From assembly GCA_000002435.2 (NCBI GenBank), contig CM018791.1: DNA of 64,000 nucleotides; one strand, given 5' to 3'. Origin of the DNA: Giardia intestinalis (taxonomy: Eukaryota). A program made the position numbers and the translations under genes. The notes under the pieces were generated by a model. It was not told the DNA's origin. It made no database searches and worked only from the letters and a program-made list of their open reading frames with translations. Of this stretch, positions 30,624 to 38,732 are shown in pieces (positions within the stretch are counted from its first letter, which is position 1; the number at the start of each line of letters is the position of its first letter).

Positions 30624-31868
30624 CTAGGGCGGAGGAGGCATATCCGTGTCATCATCATCGACCAAGCACGCGGGGAGGCCCTTTGTAGAGTCTTGTGCAT
30701 CTGCTGAGTCATAATTAATTTGTCCTGACTGTGTGAACGTGTTGCTTTCATCGTTGTCAGTGGGGCAGTTCGTCTTTTGCTCGTCCTCCGCGTTTGTGGC
30801 ATATGCCTTACAAAAGTCCTGGAAGATCTGATCGTCATCGGCATTGTGCTCGCGTTTATAGAGGGGCTCACTTGAAAAATCAAAATCAAGCTCTGTGAAG
30901 CTTTTGTCAAAATTGCTCAAGTCTAAGTTATCAGTTATCGTGGGCTTATACGGAATGGTGTATTCCTTCCTATAGAGCTTATCCCAGTTTATCCCATTGA
31001 ACCATGGGTGTCCCTTGAGCTCCTTGATACCACCATTTTCTTTTCTGCATCCCAGTCTGCTTCTGGGCTTCTTCTCCAAGAGCCCCTTTAGCAGGTCCTT
31101 TAGATCGTCCTTGAAGTAGCTTGGCATCTTGGGCTGCTCTCCGATAATCTTCCTGAACATAGCACGCTTGTCATCAGAGTAGAAGGGTGGAGACCCCGTC
31201 AGCAGCTCATATATTATGGTTCCCAGGGCCCACATATCAACACCCTTGCCATGCCCACAGTTCTGCACCTGCTCTGGGCTGAAGTACTCGCTTGTACCTG
31301 CCATGGTCTTGGCACCCAGTGTCATAGAAAGATTCTGCTTGGACAGCCCAAAGTCCGTTACTTTGATGTATCCATTGGCTTGCAGTAAAATGTTCTCAGG
31401 CTTGAGATCCCTAATAACTATATTCATGTCGTGGAGGTACTCTATGGCTAGAACGAGCTGTGCAGCAACCAACTTAACATAGGACTCATCGAATGTCACT
31501 TTTTTCTTGAGATGGAAGAAGAGCTCGCCACCTGGAACGTATTCCAACACCATGATGAGGCGCGTTGGCGTCTGAAAAGCCCCATAGAGCCTCATTAGGA
31601 AGGGATGATTCAAGGATGCTAGAATGGATCTCTCCGATATAGCATGCTCAACCTCGCGCGACTCAATGACATGCTGCTTTGTTAACACCTTCAAGGCGTA
31701 AATCTTGTTATTGGCCTTATGCTTAGCCAAGCATACAGTGCCAAAGCTTCCCTTACCAAGGACTTTCATGAAGGTAAATTCATCAGGACTAGTAGGAGGC
31801 GGATCAATATATGCGTCTGCGTCTTTAAATCCGGCATTCCCTGCGACTCCAGATTGGTTTTGACCCAT
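30624..31868 (-). CDS. AGC-family Ser/Thr protein kinase (PKA/Akt-like) with an AGC C-terminal extension.
   Basis: LGKGSFGTV, YALKVL, IRDLKPENILL, DFGLSK, GTSEYFSPE, DMWALGTIIYELLTGSPPF, then the GHPWFNGINWDKL / FDFSSEPL tail. Confidence 0.85.
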   Translation of the reverse strand: MGQNQSGVAGNAGFKDADAYIDPPPTSPDEFTFMKVLGKGSFGTVCLAKHKANNKIYALKVLTKQHVIESREVEHAISERSILASLNHPFLMRLYGAFQTPTRLIMVLEYVPGGELFFHLKKKVTFDESYVKLVAAQLVLAIEYLHDMNIVIRDLKPENILLQANGYIKVTDFGLSKQNLSMTLGAKTMAGTSEYFSPEQVQNCGHGKGVDMWALGTIIYELLTGSPPFYSDDKRAMFRKIIGEQPKMPSYFKDDLKDLLKGLLEKKPRSRLGCRKENGGIKELKGHPWFNGINWDKLYRKEYTIPYKPTITDNLDLSNFDKSFTELDFDFSSEPLYKREHNADDDQIFQDFCKAYATNAEDEQKTNCPTDNDESNTFTQSGQINYDSADAQDSTKGLPACLVDDDDTDMPPPP

Positions 31869-31958
31869 TTTTTATGAATTCTTGTGGCTTCTGTGGAGAG
31901 AACGTGGCTCTGCACGTTCAGTAGAGTGTAGCAAGAACAGTAACAATGATGTACACGT

Positions 31959-34844
31959 TTACTTTAAGCCAAAGCCCTCGTCATACTGAATTGCCTTGAA
32001 CAATCGTTCTTGTAGTATTTCTTTCAGACTGTAATTCGGAAGCATCAAAATGCCAAAGCAGGTATGTGATGTAGGAAGGAACTGATCGTTATCTCCATTA
32101 AGGGTAATTTTAAAGCGCAGCCTACTGAGCCCACCGACGGGAGCACGCGCGCTTCCACAGACAAACTTAAGCAACGCTTTGCGCTGATCCTGAGTCATGA
32201 CATTGAGAACAATATCCCAGAACCATATAATAAGCGGGTGTGTTGGCGAGAGAGGCTCATCATACTTTGTGTTGTTCTTCAACGCGATGAAGTCCAGGTT
32301 GGGCTCTCCACACAGAGCAATCTCAAGGTCTGCAGGCGTGAAGAGCGTGAGGGACCTGGAGCGAACAAGAAGATGGAAGCCATCTGCAAAGTCTTCAAAC
32401 TGCCTAGACACAGAGTCGTTGAGAATGTAATTTGCATATGCCTTGATATACCCTTCAACATTGTGCTCGTCTACATATATCTCCTGGCCACCCTCTATCA
32501 AGGGAACGTCTTCTCCGTTCGGTCCTAAAGCCGTGAAAGTCAAACAAAACGTATCCTTTATCGACGGAAGATTGCTTCCCTCTCTCAATTGTGCTGCATA
32601 ATTGTAAAGATTGCACAAGCCTTTGTATATTGTAAGATCATAGTTCTCTAGGTCCTCAAACACCCCTTTGTAGCCCAATAACTTTCTGTAGAGCACGCGC
32701 GGGAAGTGGTTGGTTATGTTAACCCTATTGAGCAAGCACATCCCCAGTATCATGCCGGCAAAGCAGTAGTTCTTCGATAACTTGATCCACTGCTCGCTCC
32801 CTTCTGCAACCGTTCCGTTCTTACGATTAAAGTAGAAGCTGTGCGTCTCCTGGTTCTCTTCAAACAAGTCCAGGGCTTTTGAAAACATCTCATCGCAGAT
32901 GAGGTTGAAGAATTCTGTCCGTGGGCCACCCTGATCGATGCCGTCCTCCCAGTCAAAGGTGATGCGCAGAGGCTTACGCAGAAAGCTTCTGTTGGAGATA
33001 CTCCGCCAGCCGTGCTCATCTTCGGGCGAGTGGCCTATGATGTGATCTAGTGTATCATAGAAAATGTTAAATCTGTTTGGATATATGACGGTTCCCATAT
33101 TGAATAAGTTTTCATAGCAGCACTCTGCACAAAGGATCTGGACCTTGATCATGGGGTCGAGGAGAAATGGATAACTTAAGAAGGTGAAGTTGACAGCAGA
33201 AAAAGGAATGTCTTTGATGGTTGACATCTGGGTCCTGAAGGAGGGAGGCATGTTTGCTGCCAACTCCATGAAGTTCAGCTGCGTGATGGGGCCCTGATAC
33301 TTGATCTCTTCAGTGCTCAGATCGTCAGGAGTTAGTGAAAGCTTGCATAAGGAGTTATCTAGAGCCAAAAGACTGCTTACCTTTGTACGACTAAGTTCAT
33401 CATCATAGATCAGAAAGGCTAAGGAGGAGAGATGCTGCACCTGCTCTCTAGAGTAAAGAAAGGTGGTAGAAGCATTGTCCAAGTTGTTTATCTCTTTGTA
33501 ATGCATTAGCCAGTACTTTGCATCCATGGCAAAGAGGTAGCTCCGGGAGTTAATGTACTCTAGCATGAAAAGGCTCTCTGGAATAAAGCGTGTCTTTACC
33601 TCTGGGCGATCGTCCACTCGGTCACCCGCTGTTTCTGCAAGAAGGTTCAGCTGCTCTTCGGACTTTACCGTATCAGCGGAGAGTACAGTGGTGTCATACG
33701 AGAAGGGAAGATTGAGTGCGTGTAGGATAGAGATCATGTGCAGAACCTGGTATATACTATCGCCGTTGTCCTTTAGGTCTAAAATGGTGACCCTCTTGTT
33801 CGGGACCTCCTTCACGAGGAGAAGACGCGATAAGTAATTCTTGGAGATCTTAACCAGACGCTCTAGTAAGAGCTTAGGGCTGAAAATGCTACTGTTCTGC
33901 AGGACTGCTAGCTGCTCTGCTGTGCTAACGTAGTGACTAAGCTCTGCCTGGAACACGGTACAAAAACTCTCCAGTCCTAAACGTAGAACCTGGAGAGTGT
34001 CCGGCGGAAGGTGTACAACTAGATCACAGAGAGATAAAAAGAGATGCTGCCGGCCGCACAATAGTTTCTCTGGGAGTGTCATCAAAAGAATTATAGCGTC
34101 TATGGCTTTATCGTTCGAAGTAATACAATCAGGGCTTGCCTCAAGGATACTGGTAAAGGATTCAACGCACTCACAAAACGTTTGAATCAGGTCCATCCCG
34201 GGACCACACACTTCCATCACTGCAGTGCCTGTTATGGAGCTGTCCTGGAACTTAGACTGGCCGCCAGCAGCCAGGGCGCGCTGTTCCTCGACGGAAAAGA
34301 TTGTCTCGAAAAACGCATGAATAGCTAGGATAGCCTGAGGAAGCGTAAAGTTATGGAATAAAAAGCTAGAAAGCCCGTCAAAGCTAACAAGCTGATTCCT
34401 AAGCATAATGGTCAGAAATTCAAAGGGAATGCAAGACTCGAGCTGTACGAGCTTAAGCCTGTCTAACTTATTTATAAAGTCCTGGAGACCCTGATCTGGG
34501 CTGAACTGTGATGGATTGCCGTACTTCCAAAGAAAGTGACCCAACGGGAGACGTGTTGCATTTGGGAGCAAATCGACACCCTTTAGCCAGAGAGACAGAA
34601 TTCTCGAGATAGTTAATGGACAAACAGCCGCGTCTCCGTGTTGGGCTGTGATCTGCTTGGCTAGCTGCGATGCCCATTTACTATCTCCAGAGTCGTCAGG
34701 GAGCATATGGGAGAAAGACTTTGAGGATCTGCAGTGATTATTGGTACAGTTAGGATCTCCACAGCCGTATTTAAGCTGCACACTTATGTACGGTGTAGGC
34801 GATAGTTGCATCAATTTCTTTTTTCTCACAGGGGTTCTAGCCAT
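31959..34844 (-). CDS. HECT-domain E3 ubiquitin ligase. The ORF extends to 35006 and overlaps the PP2A gene, so the probable start is the Met at 34844 (MARTPVRKKK).
   Basis: C-terminal HECT catalytic region: FVCGSARAPVGGLSRLRFKITLNGDNDQFLPTSHTCFGILMLPNYSLKEILQERLFKAIQYDEGFGLK (catalytic Cys in SHTCF). Confidence 0.85.
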   Translation of the reverse strand: MARTPVRKKKLMQLSPTPYISVQLKYGCGDPNCTNNHCRSSKSFSHMLPDDSGDSKWASQLAKQITAQHGDAAVCPLTISRILSLWLKGVDLLPNATRLPLGHFLWKYGNPSQFSPDQGLQDFINKLDRLKLVQLESCIPFEFLTIMLRNQLVSFDGLSSFLFHNFTLPQAILAIHAFFETIFSVEEQRALAAGGQSKFQDSSITGTAVMEVCGPGMDLIQTFCECVESFTSILEASPDCITSNDKAIDAIILLMTLPEKLLCGRQHLFLSLCDLVVHLPPDTLQVLRLGLESFCTVFQAELSHYVSTAEQLAVLQNSSIFSPKLLLERLVKISKNYLSRLLLVKEVPNKRVTILDLKDNGDSIYQVLHMISILHALNLPFSYDTTVLSADTVKSEEQLNLLAETAGDRVDDRPEVKTRFIPESLFMLEYINSRSYLFAMDAKYWLMHYKEINNLDNASTTFLYSREQVQHLSSLAFLIYDDELSRTKVSSLLALDNSLCKLSLTPDDLSTEEIKYQGPITQLNFMELAANMPPSFRTQMSTIKDIPFSAVNFTFLSYPFLLDPMIKVQILCAECCYENLFNMGTVIYPNRFNIFYDTLDHIIGHSPEDEHGWRSISNRSFLRKPLRITFDWEDGIDQGGPRTEFFNLICDEMFSKALDLFEENQETHSFYFNRKNGTVAEGSEQWIKLSKNYCFAGMILGMCLLNRVNITNHFPRVLYRKLLGYKGVFEDLENYDLTIYKGLCNLYNYAAQLREGSNLPSIKDTFCLTFTALGPNGEDVPLIEGGQEIYVDEHNVEGYIKAYANYILNDSVSRQFEDFADGFHLLVRSRSLTLFTPADLEIALCGEPNLDFIALKNNTKYDEPLSPTHPLIIWFWDIVLNVMTQDQRKALLKFVCGSARAPVGGLSRLRFKITLNGDNDQFLPTSHTCFGILMLPNYSLKEILQERLFKAIQYDEGFGLK

Positions 34845-34981
34845 CGACAGAAAATGATTGGTGACTCCATAGCCAGAGAAGATGAGTAGGTAACCCGAGT
34901 CGTCCAGACGTGGAAATGCCGGCTGTATATTTACTGAAGCAGAAAGGGTACACAGAAAAGAGACTTTTGATGAAGGCCGCT

Positions 34982-35902
34982 CTATAGGAAGTAATCGGGG
35001 ATGCACCTCCTATCTGGGAGGGCCCTGCATGACTTGGGAGCTGCTTCAAAGACCTTAAAGCTCCTCTCCTTGGTCTCTCTTATCTCGAGAATCGCAGCCA
35101 CATTCCCAGCTCGATAGCAGTAGTTCGGACAAGACCACAGTGTCAGCAACTTATTATTGAACTGGAACTTCATGCCCTCCATGACAAGCTGATGTGACCT
35201 GACAATCAGTTCAATGCTATTGGCTGCACAGAACTCCTGGACCACATCACTGCCGAACATGAAGCCTGCGCCTCTCTGAGACTGCTGGTATCCTCTGTCT
35301 GTTGGTAGTTCCATGGGGTCTGACCATAGAGTGTCACAAATTGGCCCAGAGAAAGGGACCTCTTCATTTCGGTGGAGTGTCTTCATAGTCGAAATATACT
35401 TTACATCGGGGCTGAGGCCGCCGTGAATACAGTAGAGCGTGTCGTCTACAGTCGCTGCGAGTGGAAGTGCGTCGAAGACATCGCAACAGAGTCTCCAAAT
35501 GCGGTTAGAGCCGTACTTGCGTAGACACTCGTCGTTATAGCCATATACTTGGGATATCTGTCTAGATTCGTGATTACCGCGAAGCAGAGATATACGGGTG
35601 GGGAATTTTACCTTAAATGCAATGAGAAGAAGGAATGTCTCGACAGAGAAGTAGCCCCTGTCGACGTAATCCCCAAGGAAGAGGTACTGTACATCTGGAA
35701 TGCTTCCCCCGATGCTGAACATTTCTCTGAGGTCATAAAACTGACCGTGGATATCTCCGACAAGGGTTATCGGACTAACGAGGGTAAGCACGTTGGGTTC
35801 CTGAACAAGAATCTCACGCGCGCGATGCGTCAGCTCCTCAACTTCTAACTCAGTGGGCAATTCACAGCGCTTGAGGCGTTCGAGTGCTGCATCAAGGTCC
35901 AT
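34982..35902 (-). CDS. PP2Ac: PPP-family Ser/Thr phosphatase catalytic subunit (PP2A/PP4-like).
   Basis: GDIHGQFYDL, GDYVDRG, LLRGNHE, IHGGLSP, SDP...RGAG, and a C-terminal RRCIPDYFL (PP2A ends in DYFL). Confidence 0.9.
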   Translation of the reverse strand: MDLDAALERLKRCELPTELEVEELTHRAREILVQEPNVLTLVSPITLVGDIHGQFYDLREMFSIGGSIPDVQYLFLGDYVDRGYFSVETFLLLIAFKVKFPTRISLLRGNHESRQISQVYGYNDECLRKYGSNRIWRLCCDVFDALPLAATVDDTLYCIHGGLSPDVKYISTMKTLHRNEEVPFSGPICDTLWSDPMELPTDRGYQQSQRGAGFMFGSDVVQEFCAANSIELIVRSHQLVMEGMKFQFNNKLLTLWSCPNYCYRAGNVAAILEIRETKERSFKVFEAAPKSCRALPDRRCIPDYFL

Positions 35903-35977
35903 AAATTGTTTTTTGCCTTTACTGATTTACACTGGTGTGAGCCGGTTCGGATCCTCTCGGACCCTTCATGGGAGTAA

Positions 35978-36655
35978 CTATATCTTTCGCTGTATAAGGT
36001 AACGCTTAATAGTCTTAAGTTGCCAAACAGTGACGCCAATGTACGTTACTATGCATAAAAGGTTTGTAACAACAACACTACGCCTCGTGGAGGAGATCTG
36101 AGATTCAAACCGGTCAAAGTTGGTGTGTATTACTTCTGCCTGCTGGTCAATTGCCTTCGCCTTCGCTAAGAGCCTAGTTACAGTTTGCTCCTCCTGTCTG
36201 CGCTTTGCATCCACCGAGTCATTGGCTGGGGCGTGGCTCTCTATTGAGAGACTCATGCGACCGACCGACTTGTCCATCTTTGCAGAGCCGCCACCAAGGC
36301 AGACCTTGTAGTCGCCTACTTGCCGGGGGCTGAAGAGAAGCTCCCCCCTGTCCGAGAGCTGAGTGTCAAAGACAACCGCGTCATAAACGTCGTATATTTG
36401 CAGTAAGACACTGCTAGTTCGCTGATTGAGCGATGTGCTCCCTTTGGCATAGAGCTCCGGGGTATTGACGGAATACAAAAGCCGAATGTCTTGATCGACA
36501 ACGGCCTTGTGCCGGAAGCAGATTACGTTAGAGTTTGTAAAGTCAAAGTACAGAGCATTGGTGGCGGTTAATAGGAACAGCAAGGAAAGCATACAGTGGC
36601 TGATCGACAGCTTCAAAGCGTCAAATTGAAAAATCAAGCCAAAGTAATAAGCCAA
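35978..36655 (-). CDS. p24/TMED (emp24/GOLD-domain) cargo-receptor family protein.
   Basis: Signal peptide, a GOLD-like region (ALYFDFTNSNVICFRHKAV...GDYKVCLGG), a coiled segment, then a single TM helix and a short basic tail (VVVTNLLCIVTYIGVTVWQLKTIKRYLIQRKI). Confidence 0.65.
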   Translation of the reverse strand: MAYYFGLIFQFDALKLSISHCMLSLLFLLTATNALYFDFTNSNVICFRHKAVVDQDIRLLYSVNTPELYAKGSTSLNQRTSSVLLQIYDVYDAVVFDTQLSDRGELLFSPRQVGDYKVCLGGGSAKMDKSVGRMSLSIESHAPANDSVDAKRRQEEQTVTRLLAKAKAIDQQAEVIHTNFDRFESQISSTRRSVVVTNLLCIVTYIGVTVWQLKTIKRYLIQRKI

Positions 36656-36701
36656 AAAGTAATGTATAGATATTTGGTTACAGTTTTATCTGAAACTGTC
36701 C

Positions 36702-37295
36702 ATGACACCCGATGGCGAGGAAAAAGCCACTAAAGATCAAAAACCGTCTCCGCTTTGCTTAAGCAGCGATGTCTTTGTAACATTTGAGTACACGGTTAGC
36801 GGGGAGGAGCCCAGCCAACCCTGCTACACAAAGAACTCCAACCATGCTTTTTCTACCTCTCAGGATACAATAGGAGAGCTAATTGCAGATACTGTGCTTG
36901 TCAGGGGTATGCCACTTGCATCAGGAAGAATGCTAAAACAGATCCTATTGAGCTGTGTTTCTGCTATCGTTTCAGCGGACGATTATCCCGCATCCATTAG
37001 GCAAAGTCTTGTCAAGCACATCAGTGATGCTAGTGTCTCCAGTCAGGTGATTAGGAGGCGTTACATTACCTACGGTAGGGAGCATCAGAACATATTGAAA
37101 GGTCTTCTTCATAGCGCCGTGGCCTGCAGTGTCTCATATAACTTAACGACTGATCCAGCTGTGCTTTCACACATGGTAACCTACATGAACGCGCTTCTAC
37201 CCACTGGAGAGATAAAGACCATAGTCTGTGGGATCTCCAAATTTGATGAAAACGCACCTGGGTCTATGCTTAAATCCGCCTTTTTTCGTCTCTAG
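36702..37295 (+). CDS. Hypothetical protein (197 aa).
   Basis: ORF bounded by neighbouring genes. No motif recognised. Confidence 0.35.
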   Translation: MTPDGEEKATKDQKPSPLCLSSDVFVTFEYTVSGEEPSQPCYTKNSNHAFSTSQDTIGELIADTVLVRGMPLASGRMLKQILLSCVSAIVSADDYPASIRQSLVKHISDASVSSQVIRRRYITYGREHQNILKGLLHSAVACSVSYNLTTDPAVLSHMVTYMNALLPTGEIKTIVCGISKFDENAPGSMLKSAFFRL

Positions 37296-37378
37296 GAGTT
37301 GATGCCAACAATGAGCTATGTAGGATATTATCCAATAAGCTTGTCAGTATTACAACAAACCTTACAGTAAGCGCTACA

Positions 37379-38584
37379 ATGAAACCCAGTAAGTTCTGTG
37401 ATGAGATTGCTCGCGCCTTGCGTGATTTATCGAGCAACCGAGAAATCTTGTACATGGGCTGCTTAATGCAATGGCAGAACAAGGCATTTACCATCCTCTA
37501 TGAACAGCATTTCTCTGATGTCATAGAAGTAGTCCACAAGTTGACCATGAAGATTCTGAATATGTCTGTTTCAATGAAAGAGCAGTTTCGGTCTTTCTTG
37601 GCCCAGTATGAACTTAGTGTTAAGGGCCCTTCTGTTACTGATGAATCTATCGGGTCTGATGCTTCAGGCGCTGAACCGGCTTCCAGGAAGACTTTATCAA
37701 AAGTGGATACTGAAGCAGGGCTTCGCCCCGCGTTGCGAGTGTATAGTACTGTACGTTGGACGTACTTATACATATGTATTCTCAACTTTTATGAAAATCT
37801 AGAGCGGCTCATAGCGTTCATAAGTCGGTGCCCGAATACAACCTCTGTTCTTTCAAAGCATCTTGCTACACAGCTTATTAACCTTACCTGGATTCGGCGA
37901 TTGGCGTTCCTTGCAGATATCTTCCAGCTCTGTAGGGGCCTCCGACTCCTAATGGAAGGGCCACGTATTGTACCGGGGCACGCGCTGCTGGAGATGGGCG
38001 GGCTCCGGGACGCGCTGCAGACGGTGCTCGCCGAGCTCCGGGCCGGGGTCTGGACCCGCCTCCCCCGGCTGGGTGCGCGCCTTCGGGATGGGGCCGCACT
38101 CCCTGACGAGGAGAGGAGGTCCCTTGCGGGCGCCCTGGAGGCCTTTGTCGCCGAGCTCGATGCGTGCTTGTCGGCGTACCGGCAGTGCCTTCCGCTTCTC
38201 CGGCTGACGGTGTCCCCCGTGTGTGCCCCGGCAGCGGGAGGAGCGGCGCCTCCGGAGCCATTCCCGGTTCCAGGGGTGGACCGGGACGGGTTTACCGCGG
38301 AGTATCGGGGCTTCAGCGGCGGAGAACGCGGAGACGCGCACCGGCGTTGCCTGGAAAGAATTCGCGGCATGACGTGCAACGCGGCCCGCTGGAACGCACT
38401 AGTGACCTTCTGGGCGGACCAGAGGGCAGCGTATCCGCAGACCAGCCGGGCCGCGCTCGGGCTCCTGACGGTACTCGCGACCGTCTGTGCCTCCGAAGTA
38501 TCCTCCTCCGCGCTCAAGCGGGCCCTGAGCCGGGGAGCAGGCGCCGTGCTCCTTGCGCGCCTCGACGCGCGCGTGGGCGAGTAA
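37379..38584 (+). CDS. Hypothetical 401-aa ORF that is compositionally chimeric. The N-terminal ~200 aa are AT-normal. The C-terminal ~200 aa (from 37979) are about 80% GC, Ala/Leu/Arg-rich, and lie inside the inverted repeat.
   Basis: Uninterrupted frame across the composition jump. The GC-rich half reads as a plausible helical protein (HALLEMGGLRDALQTVLAELRAGVWTRLPRLGARLRDGAALPDEERRSLAGALEAFVAELDACLSAYRQ...). Confidence 0.35.
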   Translation: MKPSKFCDEIARALRDLSSNREILYMGCLMQWQNKAFTILYEQHFSDVIEVVHKLTMKILNMSVSMKEQFRSFLAQYELSVKGPSVTDESIGSDASGAEPASRKTLSKVDTEAGLRPALRVYSTVRWTYLYICILNFYENLERLIAFISRCPNTTSVLSKHLATQLINLTWIRRLAFLADIFQLCRGLRLLMEGPRIVPGHALLEMGGLRDALQTVLAELRAGVWTRLPRLGARLRDGAALPDEERRSLAGALEAFVAELDACLSAYRQCLPLLRLTVSPVCAPAAGGAAPPEPFPVPGVDRDGFTAEYRGFSGGERGDAHRRCLERIRGMTCNAARWNALVTFWADQRAAYPQTSRAALGLLTVLATVCASEVSSSALKRALSRGAGAVLLARLDARVGE

Positions 38585-38595
38585 AGCAGGGAAAG

Positions 38596-38668
38596 TACCG
38601 ACGACGGGGCTCGAACCCGCGACCACAGGATTAAGAGTCCTGCGCTCTACCGACTGAGCTACATCGGC
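38596..38668 (-). tRNA. tRNA-Lys (anticodon CTT), left inverted-repeat copy.
   Basis: Reverse complement of the cloverleaf GCCGATG-TA-GCTC-AGTCGGTA-GAGC-G-CAGGA-CTCTTAA-TCCTG-TGGTC-GCGGG-TTCGAGC-CCCGT-CGTCGGT-A. It has a GTTCGAG T-loop, and the A/B-box positions are conserved. Confidence 0.8.
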
Positions 38669-38732
38669 GCGACCGCACGCAGAATATCAGAATGACTTGT
38701 AATTTTGCTAGCAGTGTGTTGGTATTTGATCA

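Noticed and set aside
37789-38517. 242-aa and other overlapping ORFs (37884..38261, 37949..38341, 38164..38634) on both strands of the GC-rich island, and likewise 2640..3163.
   Set aside because: Very GC-rich DNA lacks stop codons in most frames. Their translations are Ser/Arg/Pro/Gly junk. Only the frame continuous with the 401-aa ORF, and the ankyrin-like minus frame at 2713..2979, look protein-like.
37975-38584. Possibility that the GC-rich islands are fragments of the extremely GC-rich Giardia rDNA.
   Set aside because: No recognisable rRNA stretches from memory, and the sequence keeps a long open protein-like frame. This cannot be fully excluded without BLASTN against the rDNA unit.
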